This document shows, in pieces, positions 35,807-44,029 of a stretch of 45,086 nucleotides of DNA. The notes below the pieces were generated by a model. That model saw only the letters and a program-made list of their open reading frames with translations, did no database searches and had not been told where the DNA came from. Every line of letters begins with the position of its first letter. Within the stretch, counting starts at the first letter, position 1. The translations under genes and the position numbers were made by a program. The DNA is from Candidatus Bipolaricaulia bacterium (GTDB lineage: Bacteria > Bipolaricaulota > Bipolaricaulia > JBHIAT01): assembly GCA_046758705.1 (NCBI GenBank), contig JBHIAT010000007.1, forward strand, positions 1 to 45,086, in the 5' to 3' direction.

Positions 35807-35920
35807 ATGAAAGTGCGTAGTTCGGTGAAACGGATCTGTGAATCGTGTAAGATCATCCGACGCAACGGGAGGGTGATGGTCACCTGTAAGAACCCAAAGC
35901 ACAAACAAAGACAAGGGTAA
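35807..35920 (+). CDS. rpmJ: 50S ribosomal protein L36 (bL36), Cys3His zinc form
   Basis: 37-aa ORF not in the supplied track (below its size cut-off). [48 protein letters not shown] 8 nt upstream. No infA between map and this gene. Confidence 0.88.
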   Translation: MKVRSSVKRICESCKIIRRNGRVMVTCKNPKHKQRQG

Positions 35921-35936
35921 AAGGAGGGATCGCAGG

Positions 35937-36311
35937 ATGCCGCGCATCGCGGGCGTTGATCTCCCTCAGAACAAACGAGTTGAGATCGGGCTGACTTATA
36001 TCTATGGGATTGGAAGATCCCGGGTAAAGGGGATTCTGGAGAAGGCGGGTGTCGACCCGGATACGCGAGTCCATGAGCTGACAGAGCAGGAAGTCACCAG
36101 TCTGAGGCGCGAGATTGAGAACCACTACACCGTCGAGGGAGATCTCAGGCGCCAGCAGTTGGCGGACATCCAGCGACTGAAAGAGATCAACTGCTATCGG
36201 GGGATCCGGCACAAACAAGGACTGCCGGTCCGGGGTCAGAGAACCCGGTCCAACGCCCGATCTTGGAAAGGCCGTCGTCAGGCTAAGGCCGGCAAGCGAC
36301 AGCGACGCTAA
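35937..36311 (+). CDS. rpsM: 30S ribosomal protein S13 (uS13)
   Basis: 124 aa. [40 protein letters not shown]. Confidence 0.95.
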   Translation: MPRIAGVDLPQNKRVEIGLTYIYGIGRSRVKGILEKAGVDPDTRVHELTEQEVTSLRREIENHYTVEGDLRRQQLADIQRLKEINCYRGIRHKQGLPVRGQRTRSNARSWKGRRQAKAGKRQRR

Positions 36312-36329
36312 CACCCGAGGAGAGAACCG

Positions 36330-36710
36330 ATGGCCAGACGCGCAGGCGGAAGACGATCTCGTAAGCCGCGGCGGGCAAAGAAGGGGATCAAACTGGAACG
36401 GGCTCGAGTCCATATCCATTCGAGCTTCAACAACACGATCCTCACGCTCACCGATCCGAGCGGTGCGCAGGTTATCACGTGGAACAGTCCCGGAGTCGAG
36501 GGGTTTAAGGGCTCGAGGAAGGGAACCCCATACGCTGCCCAGGTCGCCGCAGAAGGGTTGATCGAGGAGATGAAAAGCTACGGGATCAAGTCGGTGGTCG
36601 TGACGATCACGGGGACAGGCTCGGGCAGACAGTCCGTCATCAAGACCATTCAAGGATCGGGCATTCGGGTGGAGAAGGTGAAGAACGTCACCCCCGTCTC
36701 CCATTCATAA
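36330..36710 (+). CDS. rpsK: 30S ribosomal protein S11 (uS11), apparently lacking the conserved C-terminal tail
   Basis: 126 aa. HIHSSFNNTILTLTD..G..I.W.S.G..GFKGSRKGTPYAAQVAAE. Ends VKNVTPVSHS-stop where other S11 continue TPIPHNGCRPPK(K/R)RRV. No frame in the downstream 33 nt encodes that tail. Confidence 0.9.
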   Translation: MARRAGGRRSRKPRRAKKGIKLERARVHIHSSFNNTILTLTDPSGAQVITWNSPGVEGFKGSRKGTPYAAQVAAEGLIEEMKSYGIKSVVVTITGTGSGRQSVIKTIQGSGIRVEKVKNVTPVSHS

Positions 36711-36742
36711 GAGACAGAAGAACACAGGAGGGATACGACACC

Positions 36743-37351
36743 ATGGGTCGGTACACCGGTCCAAAGCACAAACTCTGTCGCCGGGAGGGGGAGAAGCTGT
36801 TCGGCGCGGAGCACTGTCCGGTGAAGCGACGTCCCTACCCACCTGGTGGACAGAGGAGGAGACGCTTCAAAAGATCCCAGTATTGGAGCCAGCTTCGGGG
36901 GAAGCAGAAGGCGAAGCGCATCTACGGGCTCAGGGAGAGACAATTCAAGCGTTACGTCAATCAGGCCAAGGGCAAAAAGGGACCGACCGGAGATCACCTG
37001 CTTCAGTTGCTAGAGAGGCGGCTCGACAACGTCATCTATCGGGCCAGCTTCAGCTCCACACGGGCGCAGGCCCGGCAGCTGGTGACCCACGGCCATTTTC
37101 AGGTGAACAACCGGCGTGTCAACATCCCCGCCTACCAGGTCCGGGAGGGCGATGTCATCCAGGTCAAGGAGAACTCCCGGGTGAAGAAGGGGATCGTTGA
37201 GATCGTGAACGAGAATGAGAAGCGCCCCATCCCCGAGTGGATCGAGGCGGATCGCGACGGGCTACGCTTCACCATCCTGAAGACGCCGGACCCTGAACAG
37301 GTAGAGCATACGCTCCAGACCGACCTGATCGTCGAATTCTACTCTCGCTGA
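36743..37351 (+). CDS. rpsD: 30S ribosomal protein S4 (uS4)
   Basis: 202 aa. GRYTGPK.KL.RREG, S4 domain (RRLDNVIYRASF..TRAQARQLV.HGHF.VN.RRVNI.). Confidence 0.95.
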   Translation: MGRYTGPKHKLCRREGEKLFGAEHCPVKRRPYPPGGQRRRRFKRSQYWSQLRGKQKAKRIYGLRERQFKRYVNQAKGKKGPTGDHLLQLLERRLDNVIYRASFSSTRAQARQLVTHGHFQVNNRRVNIPAYQVREGDVIQVKENSRVKKGIVEIVNENEKRPIPEWIEADRDGLRFTILKTPDPEQVEHTLQTDLIVEFYSR

Positions 37352-37390
37352 GGAGCCCGGGAACTCCACATCACGGGCAAGGAGGACCCG

Positions 37391-38317
37391 ATGACAATGT
37401 TGAAGTTCACCAGACCGGAGAGCATCCAAGTGGAGGAGCTCTCCGATACCTATGCCAAGATCGTATTGGAGCCCCTGGAACAGGGATACGGGACTACGAT
37501 TGGCAACGCGCTCCGCCGGGTGATGCTCTCCTCGATCCCGGGGGCGGCGGTCACCCGGGTCCGATTCGACAACAAATATCATGAGTATGAGACAATCGCC
37601 GGAGTCAAAGAGGACGTTCTGGATATCATTCTGAACATCAAGGAGCTGGCCATCCGACTGGAGGATGGAAAACCGAAGCAGCTGTGGATCGACTTCCAAG
37701 GGCAAGGAGAGGTCACGGGGAAGGATGTGCAGACGGAGGCCGGTGCTACGGTGATCAACCCTGACCACCATCTGGTGACCGTCGGCGAAGGCGGTCAACT
37801 CAAGGTGGAGATGGAGGTGGAGCCGGGCTTCGGCTATCGTCCGGCCGAGATGAACAAGCTGGAGGACAGCCCGCTGGGGGTCATCCCGATCGACTCCGAT
37901 TTCTCCCCGGTCAAGCGTGCCAACTTCCAGGTGGAGAGCGTGCGCGCCGGAGAACGGATCGATTACGATCGGTTGACCTTCGAGATCGAGACCAACGGAG
38001 ATATCAAACCGGAAGAGGCGCTTAGCAAAGGGGCCCAGCTTCTGATCGATCATCTCAAGCTGTTCGAGGAGTTTCCCCAACACCCATTCGAGGGCATGGT
38101 GGCCGAAGTTCCCGAGGAACTCGACAAGACCCTGGAGGAGCTGGAATTCGACAAACGAGCCTGCAACCTCCTCAAAGAGGCGGAGATCATCACCCTGGAG
38201 GACCTGCTGGCGCGTTCCCGGGATGAGCTTCTTGACATCCACTTGTTCGGTAAGAAGACGCTCCAGCGGGTGGAGGAACGGCTCGACGAGCTGGGATACC
38301 TCGATCGTCTAGTATAG
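37391..38317 (+). CDS. rpoA: DNA-directed RNA polymerase subunit alpha
   Basis: 308 aa. NTD (GYGTTIGNALRRVMLSSIPGAAVT.V) and CTD (LEELEFDKRACNLLKEAEIITLEDLL..S..ELLDI..FGKK.L.). Confidence 0.96.
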   Translation: MTMLKFTRPESIQVEELSDTYAKIVLEPLEQGYGTTIGNALRRVMLSSIPGAAVTRVRFDNKYHEYETIAGVKEDVLDIILNIKELAIRLEDGKPKQLWIDFQGQGEVTGKDVQTEAGATVINPDHHLVTVGEGGQLKVEMEVEPGFGYRPAEMNKLEDSPLGVIPIDSDFSPVKRANFQVESVRAGERIDYDRLTFEIETNGDIKPEEALSKGAQLLIDHLKLFEEFPQHPFEGMVAEVPEELDKTLEELEFDKRACNLLKEAEIITLEDLLARSRDELLDIHLFGKKTLQRVEERLDELGYLDRLV

Positions 38318-38366
38318 TGGTCGTGGACATGAGGACGTAGGATTAGGAGAGGAGCGATCGGATCGG

Positions 38367-38723
38367 ATGCGCCATCGACGAACGGTACGAAAACTCGGCC
38401 GAGAGCCCGCCCACCGCAAGCGGCTGTTGGCCAACCTGGTACGGGACCTGATCCTACACGGACAGGTGAGCACGACCGTGACCAAAGCGAAGGAGAGTCA
38501 GCGCTATGCGGAGCGGATGACCACACTCGCCAAACGGGGAGATGGTCACGCCAGACGGCAGGCGTTCCGGTTCCTCCAGGATAAACAGGTCGTCGAGGTC
38601 CTGTTCACGGAGATCGGCCAGCGGTACCAAGATCGTCAGGGAGGGTACACCCGCGTCCTGAAACTGCCTCCAAGACGGGGGGATGGCGCGGAGATGGCCC
38701 GACTCATGTGGGTTGAAGATTGA
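38367..38723 (+). CDS. rplQ: 50S ribosomal protein L17 (bL17)
   Basis: 118 aa. MRHRRTVRKLGR...HRKRLLANLVRDLILHGQV.TTV.KAKE. Confidence 0.95.
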   Translation: MRHRRTVRKLGREPAHRKRLLANLVRDLILHGQVSTTVTKAKESQRYAERMTTLAKRGDGHARRQAFRFLQDKQVVEVLFTEIGQRYQDRQGGYTRVLKLPPRRGDGAEMARLMWVED

Positions 38724-38887
38724 ATCAGAACGGGTAGCAGGCCACCTTGATCGCCTCATCGGGGTGGTAAGTCCACCAATCCATCCAACACGGCATCCTC
38801 TGCCAAGGAACAAACGTCTAGATTTCCCGATCATCCCGTATAATAAAAAAAGGGAGGTTGAAGCCCACTCTATTCGAGGATATATTT

Positions 38888-39487
38888 ATGCACACTTGGC
38901 TCACCAAGCGATTGAAGTTGCGGGTAAGCGGCGATCGCGGTTTCACCCTGATCGATTTGGTGGCCGCGTTGGCGGTCATCGGGATCCTGACGTCCGTCCT
39001 CATTCCTCAATTCCAAGGCCATCGACGTCGCGCCCGGGTGGCGGTCGCGCTGAGAGTCCTGGATCCGGTCCGGCTCGGAATGGAGCGGTATCGTCTCGAG
39101 AACGGCCGCTATCCTGATCCTGACGAACTGGCAACTACTGATTTCTCTCAGGTGTTTAACGATCCAAACCATCTCTACTATCTGGGCGCGATCGTCCCAG
39201 GCAAAATTGATAAGAAAAAGGATGAATGTAAAGAAAAGGCTAAAGAAAATAAAAAAGGCAAAGGCTGTGCTGACCCAATCGACACAGGCCCGCTGATTGG
39301 GCTGGCCGTCTACCGCATCCAATCATCGGGGGAGACCTATGCGCTGGAGGTCCAGGTAGTGAGCGCCAACACCAATGAGGTGCAAGGCGGGGTGCTCATC
39401 GCCTCATGGGGAGTCGATAGCATCTCTGCGTCCGATTTCGTCTCGAGCATCTCGAACGCGCAGAGTCAGGATATCAACAACAACTGA
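38888..39487 (+). CDS. type IV pilin-like / pseudopilin protein (prepilin-type N-terminal cleavage/methylation domain)
   Basis: ORF from TTG 38858 trimmed to ATG 38888 (GAGGA SD 7 nt upstream). Leader ...RVSGDR/GFTLIDLVAALAVIGILTSVLIPQF is the class III signal plus hydrophobic alpha1 helix. Cys pair (DECK...GKGC). Internal Lys-rich, low-GC block 39180-39260. Confidence 0.7.
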   Translation: MHTWLTKRLKLRVSGDRGFTLIDLVAALAVIGILTSVLIPQFQGHRRRARVAVALRVLDPVRLGMERYRLENGRYPDPDELATTDFSQVFNDPNHLYYLGAIVPGKIDKKKDECKEKAKENKKGKGCADPIDTGPLIGLAVYRIQSSGETYALEVQVVSANTNEVQGGVLIASWGVDSISASDFVSSISNAQSQDINNN

Positions 39488-39496
39488 GCTCTTACC

Positions 39497-39525
39497 TTGA
39501 TTTTAGCATTCTGCACCGATATAAT
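39497..39525 (+). promoter_or_regulatory. sigma70-type promoter for frr (TTGATT, 17-bp spacer, TATAAT)
   Basis: TTGATT at 39497-39502, 17-nt spacer, TATAAT at 39520-39525. About 38 nt upstream of the frr start. Confidence 0.5.
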
Positions 39526-39563
39526 GGGATTCGAGGTCCTTATAGGCGGGGAGTGTGATAGAG

Positions 39564-40121
39564 ATGGCCGACGATCTCCTGGAGGGGATGAAGCAACGGA
39601 TGGAGAAGAGTCTCAAGGTGCTGAAGGAGGAGCTGCTGCGGGTGAGGACCGGGCGGGCCAATCCGGCGATAATCAAGGATGTGACCGTCAATTACTATGG
39701 GGCGCCAACCCCTCTCGAGCAGATCGCCAACATCACCGCACCCGATTTGGACTTGCTGGTGGTGAGGCCCTATGACACCACCCAGATCGAGGCGGTCGAA
39801 AAGGCCATCTTGGAGGCGGATCTGGGTTTGAACCCCGCCGATGACGGGACGATAATCAGGATCAAGGTTCCCAGACTTAGCGAGGCGCGCCGGGATGAGT
39901 TGGTCAAGGTGGTCAACAAACGCGGAGAGGAGACCAAGGTCGCCATCAGGAATATCCGGCGGGAGATCAACGAGCAGATCGAAATCCAGAAACGGGACGG
40001 AAAGATCTCTAAAGATGACAGCTACCGATTGCAGACGGAGGTCAATCGGATCACCGGAGACTATACCAAACAGATCGATGATGTGGTGGCGCACAAGAAC
40101 CAGCAGATTCGCACCATCTAA
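39564..40121 (+). CDS. frr: ribosome recycling factor
   Basis: ORF from GTG 39555, but ATG 39564 aligns residue-for-residue with the E. coli RRF N-terminus; start ±9 nt. LRVRTGRANPAII..V.V.YYG.PTPL.QIA.I..PD, ...LG.NP..DG..IR...P.L.E.RR. Confidence 0.92.
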   Translation: MADDLLEGMKQRMEKSLKVLKEELLRVRTGRANPAIIKDVTVNYYGAPTPLEQIANITAPDLDLLVVRPYDTTQIEAVEKAILEADLGLNPADDGTIIRIKVPRLSEARRDELVKVVNKRGEETKVAIRNIRREINEQIEIQKRDGKISKDDSYRLQTEVNRITGDYTKQIDDVVAHKNQQIRTI

Positions 40122-40220
40122 AAAAACCCAAAGGCTCATTCAGAGCCATGTCTTCGCCCCCCTTCTTATCAGATCTGACACAGGTTTGTTATATGGTTTG
40201 TAAAGGGATGTGAGAGCCAG

Positions 40221-40562
40221 GTGGCCAAAGATATCTTGGAGCAGATCAGGGAAGCTGAGCGTCGCGCTGAGGAGATGATCGCCGAGGCAAACGCGGAGGC
40301 CGAAAAGCAGACCTCGGAAGCGCGCCGAGAGGTTACCCAATTGATTGAAGCCGCAAAACAGAAGGCCCGTGCTGAGGCGGAGAAGATCGTCGCTGCGGAG
40401 GAGGAACGGGCCCAACGGGAGGCACAGCAGATTCGCGAGGAAGGGGAGGAGCGCGCCAAAGAGCGACGGGAAGGTGCATCTGCCAACTTCGAGGTGGCGG
40501 TCGCGTTCATCGTGGATCGGATCGTGAACCGGGGCGACCGGGAGGAACGGAAGGGAGGCTGA
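40221..40562 (+). CDS. V/A-type ATPase peripheral-stalk subunit G (Thermus/Enterococcus G/F-type)
   Basis: 113 aa, GTG start. Entirely charged heptad coiled coil (ILEQIREAERRAEEMIAEANAEAEK...). Position and size match the first gene of bacterial V-type operons. First of the G-I-K-E-C order. Confidence 0.6.
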   Translation: MAKDILEQIREAERRAEEMIAEANAEAEKQTSEARREVTQLIEAAKQKARAEAEKIVAAEEERAQREAQQIREEGEERAKERREGASANFEVAVAFIVDRIVNRGDREERKGG

Positions 40563-40583
40563 ACCGTAGAGGGCTGATACAGC

Positions 40584-42842
40584 ATGGCATTGGCAAAGAT
40601 GACCAAGATCCGCATCGTCGGACACGACTCCCTCAGGGCTCAGGTAGTGAACACCCTCCAGGATCTAGGGGCAGTGCAGATCGCCGAGATCATCGCGGCG
40701 GCCGACGGCTTCCTGAACAAGAAAGAGAGCGAGGTCGGAGAGGTCGAAGAGCGTCTCGGAGGGATCCAGTACACCTTGGATCTCATCGATCGTTTCACCG
40801 AGGAAGATCGGGGAGGGCTGGAGGGATTTCTCAACCTGAAAGCACCGATCACCGAGGCGGAGATGGACCGGATCGTCCAGGAGTACGATCACCGGCCGAC
40901 CTACCAACAGGTGCGCACTCTGGATTCAGCGCTATCGCTGATCCGGTCGCAGCTGACCAAACTAGAGGGGCAACGGCAGGGGTTGCTGCCCTGGATCGAT
41001 CTGGAGATCCCGGTTGATGAACTCCGATCGAGCGCACGCGTGTCGCTTATCCTGGGCTCCGTTGCGACGGATCGATTGGAGGCGTTTGTGACTCAGGCGG
41101 CCCAGGCACTCGGTGAACTGGTCACCATCGAACCGGTCGGTGAGCCGAACCGCCAGACCTATCTGTATGTGATCGTCCCTGCAGAGCTGGAGGAGGAATG
41201 GTTGTCGATCGCTTCAGAATACACCTTTGAACGCGTCTCTTTCGAAGTTCCAGAGGGTGCCAGCGGCCTCCCCCGGGAGGTCGTCGAGGGACTGGAGGAT
41301 GAGATCGCATCGCTCGAAGCGCAGCAGGCGGAGATCATCGAGGAGATACAGGCGTTGGGAGCGGATCGCAGGAATCTGGAGGTTCTCTATCAACATTATC
41401 ATAACGAGTTGCTCCGCAAGTCAGTCGAGAAAGAGCTGGCCGGCAGCCAGAACACGTTCATTTTGGAAGGATGGATCCGAGCCAACAGCCTCCAGGAGTT
41501 AACGCGCGCCATCGACCGAATCGGGGAGGCGGTTCACCTGTCCCCGATCGGACCCGATCCAGAGGAGACCCCTCCAGTCGCCTTGGAGAACCGGCGACCC
41601 TTCCGACCGACGGAGTTTGTCATCCATCTCTTTGGGCTGCCCCGTTCAAACGAGCTGGATCCCACGCCGTTTGTTACACCGTTCTTCATCTTGTTTTTCG
41701 GCCTAGCCGTCTCCGATCTGGGGGTGGGGTTGGGGCTGCTTCTGGGAATATTGTGGATGAAGCGTCACTTCAAAAGCGAAGTGGCCCAAAGGTTCACCAA
41801 TCTGGGGATCGCCGCGGCGATCGTGGCCATGTTGATTGGGTTGCTGACGGGCAGCTGGTGGGGGCCGCAGTTGCCCGATTATCTGGTCGAGCAGTTCTCA
41901 GGATTGGCCAGCTGCTCAAGCTTGCCCATCGGGGCGAACGAGCAGACGGGGAACTGTCTGCGACCGTTTGAACCGGTGGCTTCCCGGGGGATCATGATGT
42001 TCATCGGCTTGGCGCTCGGGCTGGGGTTTATCCAACTGTTGCTGGGCAATGCGTTGGAGTGGTACGACCAAGCGCGCCACGGACGATTCTTCGACGGACT
42101 GTGGGCACAGGGCTCGTGGTTGATGCTGCTGCTCGGGCTGGGGATCTCATCGGGGATCGGGCTGCCTCCGATGCTGGGAGACTTCTCCGGCCTGCCGGAA
42201 AGCTTGAGACCTTTGGGATTGGCGTTGGCGATCGCCGGGGTGTTGATGGTGGCGTTGTTGGCCGGGACACCGCTCGGCGATTCGCCCCGTGCACAGCTGC
42301 CTTGGGTGTTGCTGACTGGAGGGCTGTGGCTTCTCCTCATGTTTGGATTTGGCCCCTTGGATGGAGGAGGAGGACAATGGGCCGCGTTGGCGATCGCGCT
42401 GATCGGCGCCGCTTGGGTGAGCCAGCGCGATGGCTTGAAAGGTTTGCTGCGCCGGATAGGGGGAGGACTGTTCCGACTCTATGGGATCACCGGCTACCTG
42501 GGTGACATCATCTCCTACGTGCGTATTACCGCCCTAGGGATCTCCACCGGCCTCATCGGAATGGCGTTCAACATCATCGGCTTTACCGTCATCCCCCAGC
42601 TTGTAGATAGGTTTCTGCCCTTCCTGCCGTCGGCGGGCGCCACGTTGGTCAGCGCGTTGATCGCGCTCGTTATATTGCTCGCCGGCCACACCCTGAACTT
42701 GGCGTTAAGCAGCATCGGAGCGTTCGTGCACTCCGCCCGGTTGCAGTATGTGGAGTTCTTCATGAAGTTCTACGAGGCAGGGGGAGAGCGGTTTAGGCCG
42801 TTTGGCACTGAATCGACGTTCTTCGAGATCAAGTCGACGTGA
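40584..42842 (+). CDS. V/A-type ATPase subunit I (a-subunit, stator/proton-sodium channel)
   Basis: 752 aa. Soluble N-terminal half with coiled coils, then C-terminal polytopic membrane domain containing the conserved Arg context (YVRITALGISTGLIGMAFN). Confidence 0.85.
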   Translation: MALAKMTKIRIVGHDSLRAQVVNTLQDLGAVQIAEIIAAADGFLNKKESEVGEVEERLGGIQYTLDLIDRFTEEDRGGLEGFLNLKAPITEAEMDRIVQEYDHRPTYQQVRTLDSALSLIRSQLTKLEGQRQGLLPWIDLEIPVDELRSSARVSLILGSVATDRLEAFVTQAAQALGELVTIEPVGEPNRQTYLYVIVPAELEEEWLSIASEYTFERVSFEVPEGASGLPREVVEGLEDEIASLEAQQAEIIEEIQALGADRRNLEVLYQHYHNELLRKSVEKELAGSQNTFILEGWIRANSLQELTRAIDRIGEAVHLSPIGPDPEETPPVALENRRPFRPTEFVIHLFGLPRSNELDPTPFVTPFFILFFGLAVSDLGVGLGLLLGILWMKRHFKSEVAQRFTNLGIAAAIVAMLIGLLTGSWWGPQLPDYLVEQFSGLASCSSLPIGANEQTGNCLRPFEPVASRGIMMFIGLALGLGFIQLLLGNALEWYDQARHGRFFDGLWAQGSWLMLLLGLGISSGIGLPPMLGDFSGLPESLRPLGLALAIAGVLMVALLAGTPLGDSPRAQLPWVLLTGGLWLLLMFGFGPLDGGGGQWAALAIALIGAAWVSQRDGLKGLLRRIGGGLFRLYGITGYLGDIISYVRITALGISTGLIGMAFNIIGFTVIPQLVDRFLPFLPSAGATLVSALIALVILLAGHTLNLALSSIGAFVHSARLQYVEFFMKFYEAGGERFRPFGTESTFFEIKST

Positions 42843-42906
42843 TCGCCGGATAGTTATATACCGGGCATCACACGGCCATTCATTAGTAGGAGGAGGAAAT
42901 TATAGG

Positions 42907-43392
42907 ATGGAAACAATTTGGGGGCTTACGGGTCTGAACTGGGCGTATGTAGGAGCCGCTGTGGCATATGGGTTAGCAGGATCAGGGTCGGCAATCGGGA
43001 TTGCGTTCGCTGGTCGGGTCGGTGCCGGGGTGATCGCCGAAGATCCAGGCAAGTTCGGGTCGGTGCTGGTGCTGGCGCTGCTGCCGGGCACGCAGGGGAT
43101 CTACGGCTTCGTAACCGGTGTGCTGATCTTCTTTACCCAGGCGACGGTTACGGAAGGTGCGGAGGCCCTGAAAGCCATTGAGGGTTTCCAGGTTTTCATT
43201 GCCAGTCTGCCGATCGCGATTGCCGGGCTGTTTTCCGCGATCTACCAGGGGAAGGTGTGTGCCTCGGGGATCAATTTGATCGCCAAACGCCCGGAGGAGT
43301 TCGGCCGGGCCATGACCATCGCGGTGCTAGTCGAGACGTACGCGGTCTTCGGGTTTTTGTGGTCGATCCTGCTGCTGTTCTTAATGCCATAG
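42907..43392 (+). CDS. V/A-type ATPase proteolipid subunit K (16-kDa, four-helix c-subunit) with Na+-binding signature
   Basis: ORF 42802..43392 trimmed to ATG 42907 (AGGAGGAGG SD). 161 aa. Near co-linear with Enterococcus hirae NtpK: PGKFGSVLVLALLPGTQGIYGF, ASLPIAIAGLFSAIYQGKV, AVLVETYAVFGF. Confidence 0.88.
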   Translation: METIWGLTGLNWAYVGAAVAYGLAGSGSAIGIAFAGRVGAGVIAEDPGKFGSVLVLALLPGTQGIYGFVTGVLIFFTQATVTEGAEALKAIEGFQVFIASLPIAIAGLFSAIYQGKVCASGINLIAKRPEEFGRAMTIAVLVETYAVFGFLWSILLLFLMP

Positions 43393-43396
43393 AACG

Positions 43397-44029
43397 ATGA
43401 GTGTAGAGAAGATCGTCGAGAAGATCTTGAGTGAGGCCCAGACCGAAGCCGACCGGACAATCAACGAAGCGAAGTCACAAGCCGAGGAGATCCGACGAAC
43501 GGGGAAGGACGAGGCCGAGCGAGCCCGCAAGCCGATCCTGGACAAGGCACACCGGGAGGCCGAACGGCGACGTCGGATGCACCGCTCTCTGGCGGAGCTC
43601 GATACGAGGAACCGGCTCCTGGCAACCCGACGAGAGCTTCTCGATCAGGTGTTCGCCGAGGTCAATCGGCGCCTTGCTGAGATCGATGAGGCGAGCTATA
43701 AGAATCTGTTGCAGCGTCTGATCGTCGAGGCGACGGAGACCGGGACGGAGCAGGTGGTCGTCTCGGCAGCAGACCGGAAGCGCCTAGGGAACGGCTTCTT
43801 AGAATCGGTGAACGCTGAACTGAAACGGTCCGGCAAGACCGGCGCTCTGGATTACGCAAACGAGACCCGGGAGATCAACGGAGGGGTGGTGTTGAAGGGG
43901 GAGAACTACGAGATCAACGTGAGCTTCGCAACGCTGCTGCGCGGGGCCCAGGAGTCACTCGAAGCCGAGGTGGCCAGGATGTTGTTCGCAGGAGGAGACC
44001 CGGATGCAGATGACAGCGCTTCAGGATGA
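43397..44029 (+). CDS. V/A-type ATPase subunit E (peripheral stalk)
   Basis: 210 aa. N-terminal long charged helix (KILSEAQTEADRTINEAKSQAEEIRR), C-terminal globular domain. In the operon position expected for E. Confidence 0.8.
   Translation: MSVEKIVEKILSEAQTEADRTINEAKSQAEEIRRTGKDEAERARKPILDKAHREAERRRRMHRSLAELDTRNRLLATRRELLDQVFAEVNRRLAEIDEASYKNLLQRLIVEATETGTEQVVVSAADRKRLGNGFLESVNAELKRSGKTGALDYANETREINGGVVLKGENYEINVSFATLLRGAQESLEAEVARMLFAGGDPDADDSASG

Noticed and set aside
36883-37200. 105-aa alternative-frame ORF inside rpsD, considered as a possible frameshifted S11 tail or overlapping gene
   Set aside because: Its translation (PIHKRQKNTGGIRHHGS... in the extended frame) does not resemble the uS11 tail NGCRPPKRRRV, and it lies in the +1 frame of a well-conserved S4 gene. 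Spurious.
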